Shown here: positions 1 through 12,097 of the stretch, in pieces
Numbering within the stretch: position 1 is the first letter of the stretch
How the letters are laid out: each line of letters starts with the position of its first letter
Origin: Paraglomus brasilianum
Taxonomy: Eukaryota
Length of the DNA: 40,314 bases
Direction: 5' to 3'
NCBI GenBank assembly: GCA_910592345.1
Contig: CAJVPI010000238.1
Span: 1-40,314, forward strand
The notes under the pieces: model-generated
Database searches by the model: none
The model's input: only the letters and a program-made list of their open reading frames with translations
Told to the model about the DNA's origin: nothing
Made by a program: the position numbers and the translations under genes

Positions 1-241
1 GTTTATATAATGAATTTTATATCACTATTCGTATTCATCACTCTAGTACTCAATTTCCCTCCCAGACATCTACTCGCAAATTATCACTATTTACGATCAA
101 GTGATCAAGTTGGTGTTCGAAATCTAAGTTATGCAAAAAGCGCCGCAGAATACATGCGTTTTACCAACTCCAAAATACATGGGAGTGAATTTTGACCAAT
201 CAAATAATTCCGTAGTAAATAGCAAAATCGGCTATTTACAA
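1..241. repeat. Dispersed repeat, inverted copy of 13986-14238 (truncated by the window start)
   Basis: 1-241 aligns by eye to the reverse complement of 13986-14238, e.g. GATCAAGTGATCAAGTTGG and CATGGGAGTGAATTTT.GACCAATCAAATAATTCCGTAGTAAATAG. The second copy has an ~11-bp insertion near 14060. Confidence 0.92.
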
Positions 242-858
242 CAATTATTAGGTAATTGAATGTTGTAAGTAGACGGGGGAAAGGTATCATTAATAAGCAA
301 CGAATCTGTAGAACGTAAATTGAATATAATAGGAACCGATTTTTTATTAATGCCGACGCTATTGTACAATAATGCATAGCACTAGTGTGAGACAAAAATA
401 GTATGTAGAACAATTTTGAATTAAGACGACGTTAAAATTACAGTACCAAATTTGCATAAATATGCATTATTCAACAGAGAACCTTTTATGACTATCAATT
501 TGGACAGGCTGTATTGTTCTACTATATAAAACTAATGTGCTATGTCAGTAACAATAACCATAACATTGGACGTTCATAGAATCTTCAATAAATGAGAAAT
601 TCGTTTGTATACTAAGATAATAAGTTAGATTTTATTCATATTAAAACTAAAAACATCTCACCAAGTGCATCAAGGGCAGATGTTATATACAGAAACGTTT
701 TCTTGAAACAAAGTTTAACTAAACTCTATTCTCACTGAGCAGAAATGATCACAAACAAAAGCCATGCAATTTGGTATACTCATCATTATGGTATGAACAA
801 ATTCAACTCAGCCAATCTGCATTATCTTCATTTCTGTCCTACTGGGTTTATTCTCTTA

Positions 859-2089
859 CTAATCCCAGCCATGTGAAATCTCTCTATTCCAGCCCCAGCC
901 TGCATTATCTTCATTCTCGTCCTGTTGATGGTATCTCTGTCTTCTCCCACCTGAACTAGAGTCCCGTATTTTCTCTTCCTTACGATTTCCTTTCTGTCTT
1001 CTCCAACCTAAAATAGCTGTAGCATCCGGTCTATTCTCTTCCTTACGATTTCCAATTTGTTTAGACCAATCAGTAGTCGGCTCAATGGGTCTGATTTCCT
1101 CGATTACCTTTACGGACCTTACATTGGAATCCTTCTTATTCATGTATCCTCTCAATGGGTGATTTCGGCTTGTTGTTTTATTTTTATGCAAATGATGGGC
1201 AAAGATATCATTTCGCAACTTTCGTGGTAATAATTCGAGGTACAAGACAAATTTCTCGAATAACTCTTCATATGCAATGTCGACAAATCTTACATGAGGT
1301 ATGCAATCAGCCACCAAGCCTTTGATTGTGTTAACCTCGTCGGGCGACCAATTGTTTGGGTCGTTTGTAAGTCCAGGAACTTGGCCAATAGCCCATTCTA
1401 TGACTGCCATCCAAATATCACCTTCTTTCATATTAAGATCATCGTTCTGGAGAAGGGTAATCAAAGTCTCCTTTGGTAAGCTTGAAAGATTGTTAGATTT
1501 AAAGATAATATCTGGATGTGAAGCCATGGTTTGATTGCAATAGTCTAGAAGTTTGTTTAATCTGGCTGTGGAGAGAGCAAATTTCTGAACCACAAGAATA
1601 TTTTGTTGAATCAATTCCTCACTTTTAGTAATCAAAAGGTGTTCAATTGCAGTAATAAGATCATCCAGCTCAAGCTTGACAGCTCCTTTTAAAAGGTTAA
1701 TCCAGTCTACATCTTCATATCTGTCATAGGACATTTTTCCAGTGTAAATAAACCTACATACATTTCTTAGTAAGCTTGATAATCCCGCACAAAAGTAATA
1801 TTCAGCTTCATGGGGTTTGTTTTTACCTGAGCAAGACTTCAAAAACGTCAGGCTTCACATCTTCAATTGTTAAGGTTGTCTTTTGGATCTCTTTGGACGC
1901 TTTCGTATCTCCGGTTAAGCTATCCACAAAATATTTGCTTCTCGTACATAGTACTAATGAATGAGCGAGAAATATTTTGCAGTTCGGCTCCTTTCCAACT
2001 CGGATTGAAAAATCTGTATAGTTTCCACTTTCATAGACTTTCCAGTAATCAGATGAAAGACTTGATGAACAATCGATTACTTTGGCCAT
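859..2089 (-). CDS. BTB/POZ-BACK protein with a low-complexity GW-containing C-terminal tail (no TLDc); complement(join(859..1753,1827..2089)), ~385 aa
   Basis: Exon 1 encodes the BTB N-half (YTDFSIRVG...FLAHSLVLCTRSKYF...DVKPDVFEVLLR). A 73-nt GT..AG intron at 1754-1826 restores LLR-FIYTG in frame. BACK-like motifs follow (LLQNDDLNMKEGDIWMAVIEWA, IPHVRF). The intron position matches the three paralogues. Confidence 0.9.
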
Positions 2090-2297
2090 TTCGAAGGGAG
2101 AAGATGATCCTCAAGACCACACACGACGAAAATGATTGGGTACATGGGAAATGCGTACCACAAGTATTTGTAGCACATATTTTAATGGTGCTTGATTTCG
2201 GGTCCTAAAGTTACAATAGTGATATGATAGTACTCTGTTAATCATGACTTCACAGGCAGGATACAATCATTGGTTAAACTGAGTGGGGATAACATAA

Positions 2298-2581
2298 TTA
2301 AGTTAGGTTATGATCACTTAGTATATTAATATGACCGCTTAGCCAGTTTTAGCAGATTTAACTCGATTAGCTCTTATTATTATTTAGACATCAGTTTTAG
2401 CAGATTTTTTTTTCAATTATCATCGCAGGCTAACTCTGCAAGCCTCTGCAGCAAACCAAACCAACCCTGCAATGATGATGCAATCACAAACTCACTATCA
2501 CTAAGTATATAACTAAGGTATAATCTAATGGCCATATCTAGCTAAATTTTTGTTATTTGACCAAGTGATGATGGTTTGCAT
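2298..2581 (+). repeat. Left terminal inverted repeat (with an internally inverted ~135-bp block)
   Basis: 2298-2407 and ~2547-2581 are reverse complements of ~5855-5957 and ~5696-5729. ~2410-2546 matches ~5736-5858 in direct orientation. Confidence 0.85.
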
Positions 2582-2897
2582 TTTTCATGGCACCATTGTC
2601 GAGTACTCCCAAGAATCAAGGTTTCACCCTCAACATCCGTGACGCATCCCGATTCCACAATGTTACAAAAATGTACCATTTTACCGAGTGCGAGGAGATC
2701 CTACGTGCGGACATTATCATTCTAGTTTTTTCATTTCGAGAAATTTGAGTGGTGACATTAGACGCATCCCGTTGGTTTTTGTTCTGAAAATCTATCGGTT
2801 GAAATTTTTTCTATCTTGATCGAAGGTGACGGCGCACGCACGTAATAGGCTCCTTCCATCCCATCCCCAACCACCGATCAAAATCGATCCACAACTC

Positions 2898-3530
2898 TTA
2901 TTCTTTTTTTTTACCGTCGTGAGATAAGTCGACGTCATGCTTTCCTATTTTGATTATTTCCTCGTCAACTAACTTAAAAAATTTCGTCGGAACGTTTGAT
3001 ACCTCGACGCCACTCTTTAATTTAGCTTCTCGAATTAATGTTTCGGTTAATAGATCTCTCGTCGAAATTTCTTCGACAATTTTGATGCACTCCAACGCCA
3101 CGCGATCTGACAAACAGAGCGGAACACTGTTCCATTTTTCTCGATGTAATATATCTTGTCGCTCGTACACAGTCCCCGAGTTGCATGCTGAGTTCGGGCG
3201 ATGTAAGTCGATTTGCGGAGCAAATAATATATTAGGTGTAAATCTAACGTGCAGAGCGTGCGGCTTTGCCGCGAAAATATGTAATACTATTCAAGATAAA
3301 CCACACTAATTTATTGGACAATAATCATATAATTTCCGTCACGAAATCGCAAAGATACATCTGGAGAATTTATTAGCTCCGATCAATGAATAAAAAATCA
3401 CGTGCATGAACAATTGTTCACGCACGCCAATCTCTTTTGCCAAGAATTTTATTATAGTATTTTTTTCGATGTAATTCAAACGTCGCAATAGCGCAGTAAA
3501 GTTTATTTCGATCTCCATAATCAACGACCT
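2898..3530 (-). pseudogene. Unidentified gene fragment inside the TIR element
   Basis: Protein-like, CpG-rich minus-strand ORF pieces (3339-3524 and 2898-3170) separated by stops or frame changes. No recognisable domain. Confidence 0.3.
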
Positions 3531-3599
3531 ACAATCGAACTTAATCTATCAGATCCTATTTCGTATCAATAGACATGGAATAACAATTGTATCTGTGCC

Positions 3600-4345
3600 C
3601 ATTATTTCTCACAAAAATTTGGTTGATCTTTGGTTGTCTCCACACAACCCATGATCATTTTCTATTTATAAATAGAAGGTAATGAGCAAATAGTATATTT
3701 CTCTGATGAAATTGATAAATACGGAAAATAAATCATACCTTCATTCTTCGCACAACACATTAGCCAACACCCTGATAAGATCTTTTATTGTCACATATCC
3801 CTTAGGACTACTCATTTGTAAAACTTGCAATTTGAGGCCTACTCAAATTAAATCAGTTTATTTCGACAAACTACTAGAAACTGCAAACTCATTATTTTAC
3901 TTACCCGTGTGAAGCATGCCAGCGATTTGCAACTTACTTTCGTTTCTTCGACGACATGGAGTTTTGCGTTCTTTATTTATCTACACCTATGATTGGACGC
4001 TAAAGGTGTACCTCTTCGACGATATGGGCTTGTTTACTTAAGCATACAAAGATATCGTGCATGACCTTCGCCAGTTTAAACCCATCAGTCAATAATTTGG
4101 TTTCATCAAACTTCTTGGTCACTTCAATCGCTTCATACTCAACGTCACCAACGTACATCCGGAATATTCTATTCATCTGATATCCCACCTTTTTACGTTC
4201 TGGCTTTCTGCAACGCATACCTGACTGTTTCTATTCCAATCACATCACAGAGACCGTGATCAACGATAAGTGACCACACATTTATGTTATACCAAGATTT
4301 GAGATGTGGCTTTGCAGTGTTTCATTAGGGTCTTCATAATACGTA
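3600..4345 (-). pseudogene. Decayed gene of a fungal restriction-endonuclease-like (PD-(D/E)XK-type, Crinkler-associated-like) family
   Basis: Minus-strand fragments HLKSWYNINVWSLIVDHGL..., ERKKVG...VEYEAIEVTKKFDETKLLTDGFKLAKVMHDIFVCLSKQAH and LKLQVLQMSSPKGYV, with short GT-AG introns, an insertion, a deletion and stops. Homologous to 24567-25105. Family assigned from motif recall, not from a search. Confidence 0.65.
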
Positions 4346-5695
4346 AGACTTGCAATAAATGGAATATGTCATTAAGTCTTTGTAACAATATTGCTGATAA
4401 AAAGGCAAATACTCACAACTTCTTCATCACAATTTTGGCCATTCAGCATCGTAATGTTTAACCGATCATAAGGTTTATTATCATTTAGAAGGGATGTTGT
4501 TTTTAAGACTCGTCTCAGATCACTTGTTATTTTAACCTGAAATTGGCAATAATATCAAGTTTTGGACAAATCGAAAAAAAACAACTAGTTATCCTCAACT
4601 TACATCTGAAAATCGCATCATAGAGTCTGCAAAAAGCACGATCAACCTCTGGCAATTTTTTGACTGCATGCTGGATACTATAAAATCTATTAATGCAGTA
4701 ATCAGAAATTGGTGTGGTTATACTATTGAGCGTAAACGGAAAAAAGAAGGACCAAAGAACGAATATGGAAACTACCTGTTGGATCAATCGCAACCCATAT
4801 AATGGAATGAGGTGGGAACTCCAACGCTTCCGTCGTATAAATCGGAATCAATTAATGCGCAAAGTGCACAGCTTTGCCGGCCGTAAAAGTTAAGAGCTTC
4901 TCGACATAACATCCACCAGGTGAGACATCAAGTATGTATTTTTAATAGTAAACTTGTATACTCTGCACAAGAATTGTGGGCCACCAAGGTATAATTATTA
5001 CAGAAATATATTTGCTTCGCAAAGCGATTATGTTGTCTAGGAAAAATATAATACATTTTCCAGCTAATGCAAATAATACACAGAGTCCATGCGATACAAA
5101 TGTAAAATTGTCAACTGATATTCCTCAGCTTTCTTCATGACCCTTTAGGGTCACCCCTTCGGGGGCCTGGTTAACTTTGCCTTCCTGCTTTTGCGATTCA
5201 TGACGATGTATTCACATTCATATCATCAAAAATTTCGCAGGTGATTTCACTCTTATCTTACAGCAAGGAATTGCAAATTCATTATCATAGTCAAGTATAA
5301 TTTATTTTTTCCAGCTAGCTCAAATGATGATGCAAACACGATTTTGTTATGTATTACTTGTTTTAATATCCAACCACGTTCTGGAGATCAAATGATATGA
5401 CGACACAAATGCAAAATTATTGTTATTATCCTCGGCTGACTAGCTTTGGCTTTTCTCTTTGGCTAGAAATGCCTTGCTAAATGTTTTGCTAAATGCCTCA
5501 GCTGAATAACGACGCAACCGTCATCCTCTCGGCTCGATGGTCCGACCAATCATATCGCTCGTCTGAATTAATTTTTTTTCTCCCAAATGCAAATGCAAAC
5601 TTGCCATCACTTGATCAAATAATGGATTTTTTTCAGCTATCTTTGCAAGCAACTCCACAAGTTAACTCCGCAATAAGTTAGCCCGTGCAATAACG

Positions 5696-5957
5696 ATGCA
5701 AACCCATCATCACTTGGTCAAATAACAATTTTTTGTTTTCAATTATCATCGCAGGCTAACTCTGCAGGTTACCCCTGCAGCAAACCAACCCTGCAATGAC
5801 GATGCAATCACAAACTTACTATAACTGAAGTATAATCTAATGGCCATATCAAGCTAAATCTGCTACAGCTGATGTCTAAATAAGGGCTAAATCGAGTTAA
5901 ATCGGCTAAAACTGGCTAAGTGGTCATATACTACTAAGTGATCATAACCTAACTTAA
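5696..5957 (-). repeat. Right terminal inverted repeat, preceded by degenerate subterminal repeats (~5270-5700)
   Basis: Reverse complement of the left end. Related units GATGCAAAC..CATCACTTGRTCAAATAA..TTTTTTC occur at ~5592 and ~5695, with weaker copies near 5271, 5328 and 5511. Confidence 0.85.
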
Positions 5958-6671
5958 GTGGAAATAACATAACTATATTATTTCCACTAACTGTTTGATT
6001 AATGTTTTTTACATAAACACTAAATTATTTGAGATTGTTTGTGCGAATAGTAATATTTTTACCGACAACAAATGCATCGGCCAAATTACGTTATACATTC
6101 GCATTTTATAGAGCTACCTGTACCTGTTAGTAGGCCTGCTTTTTATGCAACATTAAAAACAAAAACCTCAACATAGTTTAAGAGAATTCATGCTCTGTAA
6201 ACTATAAAATGTTTCCTAAGATTTGATACAATTGAATGCAGAAGCCACAAACGATCCGAGTAAATACTCTAAAAAGTTCAAATATTGAAGGGGATAAAAT
6301 GATATTTATTCACATCACACTGGAATTTGACTTTACCAAAATGTTCGCCCGCCCCAAGGTTATTTAAATTGAAAATTTCATTATAGAAAGCTATAACTTG
6401 AACTCAGTCAGATAATAATCATGTTGTCTTAAAAGTGCTTGTCTTATATTGATTCTCATAAATGTAAGATGATACTTAATGGGACAACGTCATAGTTATA
6501 ACAAAAACAGCCCGCCATTGCTCCATACTGTAAAACAAGACTACTACTACATGTTTCGACATATTTACTTAGTTAATTTGCCACAATATTTAAACCCGTT
6601 GCTTTATCATATTGATCAGCAGTCGATAATAGTGGCTTGGTGAGCTGCTAATAACAAAAACGACATATGTC

Positions 6672-7550
6672 TCAGAAAAATAAATTTGTGGTTGGTTGGT
6701 TGAGTTGGATCGTCGGAGTCACATATACACCGTCGATATTAATTTGGTCATTGAAATAAGGTTGGCTATCGCTGATCAAACCATTATTAATCATATTATC
6801 AACTTGAAATGTATCATTGCGTACATAATATGCATTATCGAAATTCAAGCCTTCGTTAACGCTACTGCACTGTATGTCATAGTCTTGAACAACTGTACAA
6901 TTATTTGTCTGATAATGTTCATTTTCGTAAACGTTATCCTGTGTGCAAACCCCTCTTTCATTTGCTTTGTTTGCATTATGTTTGATGTACTCACAGTTTT
7001 CGAACGTATCTTTATCCAATTGTACGAACACCCACTTTTTCTTTTTTCTCTTTGGTCTTCCGACTTTTGGTTTGTATTGATAATCGGGATAGGTTTCCTT
7101 GTGTAATTTAAGTGCCAATTTTGAAAGTAATTTGAAATACTTTTTTACCACGTCTGGCTGCTTTTTCCAAGATTTACTAGCAGACTTGGAAATGTCTTGG
7201 ACAGTATGCGGGTGGTTAGGATCGAGTCTACGCAACCGGTTTTCGAAATCTTTACGGAATATAACCCAGGCGTTTTGTGGACGAGGCGGAGAATTATTTT
7301 CGGTATTGTTTTTGTTTATTGGGTTAAGAAGTATGTCGACAGAAGTGTCGACGTTGAAGGGCGGGTCGAGCAAGAGTTTGCTCTCAGAGGGAGTAAGGGT
7401 ATTGATATACTTGAGTATAAAGTCTATTGAAAGCGTAGGGGAAGAAAATTGGTTTGCGAGAGAGTAACTAGCTGTTATTGGAATATAAGAATTGCTCATG
7501 GCAAAGTTTGGTTGTTGATTACTATCAATGAAAGAAGCGGATTGGCGCAT
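6672..7550 (-). CDS. MATA_HMG-like HMG-box transcription factor (~292 aa; alternative ATG at 7499)
   Basis: HMG box PPRPQNAWVIFRKDF...ISKSASKSWKKQPDVVKKYFKLLSKLALKLHKETYPDYQYKPK followed by a basic tract (RPKRKKKK). First in-frame ATG is at 7550, with a TATA-like sequence near 7710-7720. Confidence 0.92.
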   Translation of the reverse strand: MRQSASFIDSNQQPNFAMSNSYIPITASYSLANQFSSPTLSIDFILKYINTLTPSESKLLLDPPFNVDTSVDILLNPINKNNTENNSPPRPQNAWVIFRKDFENRLRRLDPNHPHTVQDISKSASKSWKKQPDVVKKYFKLLSKLALKLHKETYPDYQYKPKVGRPKRKKKKWVFVQLDKDTFENCEYIKHNANKANERGVCTQDNVYENEHYQTNNCTVVQDYDIQCSSVNEGLNFDNAYYVRNDTFQVDNMINNGLISDSQPYFNDQINIDGVYVTPTIQLNQPTTNLFF

Positions 7551-10500
7551 CGATACAATAATTGCAAGGTAGTGGTTGTAGTAATAGTATTGGCAGTAGA
7601 AGTTATACTTTAAATTACTCAAGTGATTACACTCGGACTCTAGCAATGCTGTTATTGAGCTTTTATTGCTAAGCAAGCGTATGTGATTGTGGGGAAAAGC
7701 GAGCGTAAATTTATATAAAATATGTAGAATGTGGGCTGAAACATATAGACAAAAGCAGTAGAATAATGACGAAAAGTACTCAATAATACGTTAATTAAAT
7801 ACGTGTAATTAACGTATATACTCTTAGAATAAGTTTGCATATAAAAAGTAACTAACATTATATTATAAGCATAATAAATAATGTAATCAATCGAATATTT
7901 TACTTTTAATATTTCACCATTTATTTATTAAAACATTAATAAAGTGTTGGGCACATCTATATTATATTGCAAAAATGATATTCAATGCATGACTCAGATC
8001 ATGGAATTCCACAGCAGAATTCCATATTATGTAAAATTGATCACTTGGTATTTGGTATATAAACTTTCTCATGTGCGTGTAAACTAATGAATTGAATCCC
8101 GATTATCTGCGAGTATCGGGCGGATCTCTACGGAGAGACAAGGTTAAACAAATACTTATTACACTAGATTGAAAAAAAACAAATGCGATAATTGGCTGTG
8201 ACCCCGCACACTTAAAATGGTTGTGTGTGAAAAAAAACGTGGGGTCGCTCTGGCCATGGTGCAGAAAAGACTCGTGGTTTCTTAATCGGGGCTTTTCAAT
8301 AGAATTGTACGATAATGTCTTCCGCATCGGCCCGATTGTGCTCCCATTTCGCAAACAGTGCGTATATGCTTACATAAACTTTATCAAGGTAAATGGTTCT
8401 ACATACAAGTAATGTGAATGTTATTGTAGTCGCCTTTACTTGGAAACTAACATCATCAAAAATGCCATCAACGTACTGAACGAAGCAATTGAAAGTAGGC
8501 TTGAAATTATTCTTAGTTGTACCTTTACTATCATTCATGTGTATTAGAACCTAGCTATATTTAGTCGGAAAGTTTTAAACAAAGAAAATGAGATCTATTG
8601 TGCTTGTGATCTTTGTGAAATCTGCACCCATAAAACCGTCGTCAAATTAGAAACATTTACCGCTCTGATGGGCAAAATTTTTCCATTTCTTGTTTCAAAT
8701 CTACAAACGCTTTATCTCTGTGGATTTAGAAAAATAAAGTTCTGTAAACTTTGCTGCTTCTTCTATTCCAAATGGAAAACAGCGGCAAAAGAAGCAACAC
8801 AACGTTGCGACGTTGATTGAAGCGTGGAAAGAAAAACAAAATGTATGACGAAATGACGTTGTATTGTAATCACGTACAGGAGTGGGAATGTATTGAATAG
8901 TTATTAACTATTAAGGTTAAACGTTTTTATGCATCTTCGGAGATGAATGTTAACTCCTGACTAATGATTGAGCTAAATATATCCAGCCTTTTTCCGTAGC
9001 ATGTCTCGTATCAATATCGGTTTAGATACTAAGATAATAAATACAGCAAATCTTGACTTTACATTTACGCAATAATTTAAAGTACTGTCTCAATGGAATT
9101 CATATTGTCATGTTGCGTAAATGCATTACAACTGACGAAATTGCCAATAATATTGTTTTAGATTGGTGGTAGTCTAGTCTAATAGATAATAATGTTAATC
9201 AAATATTAACTATATGAAAGTTCATATATTAAGGTAACTGACTTTCAAACATCCAGAATTCATCATGAGTACCATATTACGGTCTTATCTAAATTGTTCT
9301 TATCTAGATATAATGAACATACTTCTAATAACAATATTCGAAGCACTCTTCGACTATTATTATCATAGAAGAAAAATTGAATGTAAATCTCATGTTTCTA
9401 TGAATCCGATTCAGGTGAGATACAAAGGACAATATAATATTGTAAATGATGCAACTTTAAACTCAATACACAATATTTTATTCATTCTTCTCCAATTAAC
9501 TGTTCACAGTTACGTGGAAGACTGTAAAGGAAACTCGTATAATCAATTTAGTCGTCAGAGCAAAATATCTATACGCATGTACATTAATATCGAAACTGAT
9601 TACGTCGAATAATGTCATTTGTCAACATAATATTCTGAGGCACCAATAATATTTCTTTTAAATTTTCAGACACTCCAACATTCTTTAGTAGTATTATAAT
9701 TAGTGTATGAAACATGATACGACCGAGAACATCACAATAAAGTCAATGTATATAATAAGTAAACGTATGATTCCCCCCTTGATGGCTGTTAAGTGAATGT
9801 AATTAACACAAACCAACGACTATTATTACGAAAAACTTACAATTTACACTCATCAGACTGTTGGTATCATTACACAGCATAGCACGATCTCCGTTCCAGC
9901 TTATTTTTAGAAAAACAATACCAATAATTGTTTCTTTGTAGTAGAATATTTCTCAACGCAATCGATTCCTGAACCCGAACAAATCAAATCAAAGAGTTCT
10001 TGGCATTTGCTTTAAATGATTGTGTACCATAACATATTGTTTATCGCAAAGATGCATTCTGCATCGCCTTGAACAATAGCAGTGTATGTTGTCCCACGGT
10101 CGACTAGTGACACTTGTACTGCCCAGACGTAGTCATTAATTCAGTAATTTCAATGTATAATGTCGAGATCGCTGTCTTCTAATGATTGGTGCATTGGATA
10201 CGTACGTGTGACACAGCGGCGCTAACCTCGAGTTACACGACGCATTGAAAGTCAGACGACTTAACATTCATTTGACGCTATACCAAAAAAGGCCAGATAA
10301 AGTATTTTAAGAGACGTGTAACTTTCACTTTATTTTGATACTCAAATACTATACTCTAATAAGTATGTATTACATCCGAACAAAAGTCATGTGGTGTAAG
10401 TATTGATGATATACCTCAGCATCAAAATGCTACTAAGAGAACTTAGTGTGACAAATAGCGTATGTCGGATAGGAAAAAGACTAATAACAGCATTTTATTA

Positions 10501-12097
10501 TTACCGCATAAGCGACTGTCGTTGTCTGTGGAAATTAAAATTTGGCAAATACTAACTTTGGTGTGCTAATATACCAGGGAGACCAATTGACATAAATGTA
10601 CGTCGTTTGAGAATTGACTCTTATCTTCCTACTAACAAGTTTTAGTTAATGTAATGTCTGTGATAGCGCACGTGCATTAACGCTCTGGCTAGCAATGTTT
10701 CTAGATTGCGCACGCTTGTCCTTAATTATTCCCAGTTGCCTACAAAGAAATTATGCTCGATTTGGTAGTGCCTTAATACTTAGTTCAATAGTGTGTGCAA
10801 GCGTGCTTTTTAGTTTGCTCGTAAGTGTATATAATTGTATATGGAATGTATGCTAAACTAAAGCAAATTGAATGAAGAAAACATCAATTTAATAGATAAG
10901 TGTTTCCGTTTACTTTATGTTCTGCTTCATTAACAATCGTATATGTGTTATTGTTAGCTCATAATCTAGGTTGAGTGACAATTGAATAAGCAATCGTTCT
11001 ATCATAGCATAAGTATTACATGAAAGTCTTTATAGTATTACGGGTGTCTGAGAGATTTTTGCGCACATCTGTTTGACTGAACACATGCGCGCAATCGCAC
11101 AGATAGCTTAAACGATCAACGGTGTGTAAATTTAATTTAATACATGTAGGTTCATGGTATCAGCAAATATTGATTTTCTAACACGGCTGAATGTGACTGC
11201 TTTACACGCTAATGCAATGCCATGCAAGAATACGTAAATTGGATAATTAAAACAATTATGGTATAAGCAACTTAGTAGTCATATCGTTACTATATCGTCA
11301 AATAACTTGTCTCAAGCCATAGGCAAGAAAAAAAAATCTTTATTATGCAGGTAAACATTATTGGTTATCGTAAGTTGGTTGTCTTTACCAACATTTTACA
11401 AGACAACGTATCAGAACACTGGTTGTAAAAAGTAAAAAATTCAACATTTCACGAGTTTGTGAAAACCACTCTATCTCTCAAATCTAGAGGTATAGAAATG
11501 TTATTTAATTTAACACATAGACATGTTATGAGTAATGTACCGTATTATGTTAAATTCACAGCATGAGCAGATTATTGATTTACTGTATATTTGTCGTACA
11601 TACCATAGTTACCATATTCTCTGTAACATTATCTGTACATTATGTATTATTAGAATCTTGGAGAGTATGTTTAAGGTTTTGTTCATAACAAAGCTGAAAG
11701 AACAGAACCTTACATCAGTAGAAGCATCTGAATATACTAACAAGTAAGAAAAAAACTTTAAGGTATTGTATGTCCGATTGTTAAACACAACTTGAATGAA
11801 TGGGGTGACTCCTTTTATCGCTTATTAAACAACTATTTGAACTAAAGACAAGGACTTCTATAAGCATTTTTGAGCAAATATCTTACAAAGTTTGACATGT
11901 GTAAGTTGCTTAATTTGATTTTCATTTTTAACGGTTACTACTGCACTACGGCAACATAACAATGGCAGGATAAGAGCTTGCTGTCTTGCAGAGCATGCTT
12001 ATCATTGTTGATATATCGATTAACTTGGTCTTAATTACGACAGCCCAAATACCTGCCGATAAATCCAAATAGCGAATAGTATAGTCCATCACAGATG

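Larger units (their letters stand above)
2298..5957. mobile_element. Non-autonomous TIR-bounded DNA element (~3.66 kb) carrying decayed gene fragments
   Basis: Starts TTAAGTTAGGTTATGATCACTTAGTA (2298) and ends TACTAAGTGATCATAACCTAACTTAA (5957). Inverted homology extends ~280 bp. Flanked by direct repeats GTGGGGATAACATAA (2283-2297) and GTGGAAATAACATAA (5958-5972). No intact transposase ORF is visible. Confidence 0.8.

Noticed and set aside
1754..1842. ORF-track N-terminus MKSCSGKNKPHEAEYYF... of the 327-aa ORF
   Set aside because: It is read-through into the intron and an out-of-frame part of exon 1. The spliced model restores the BTB domain.
8103..8800. Possible decayed minus-strand gene
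   Set aside because: Some protein-like stretches, but many stops and no recognisable motif or second copy.
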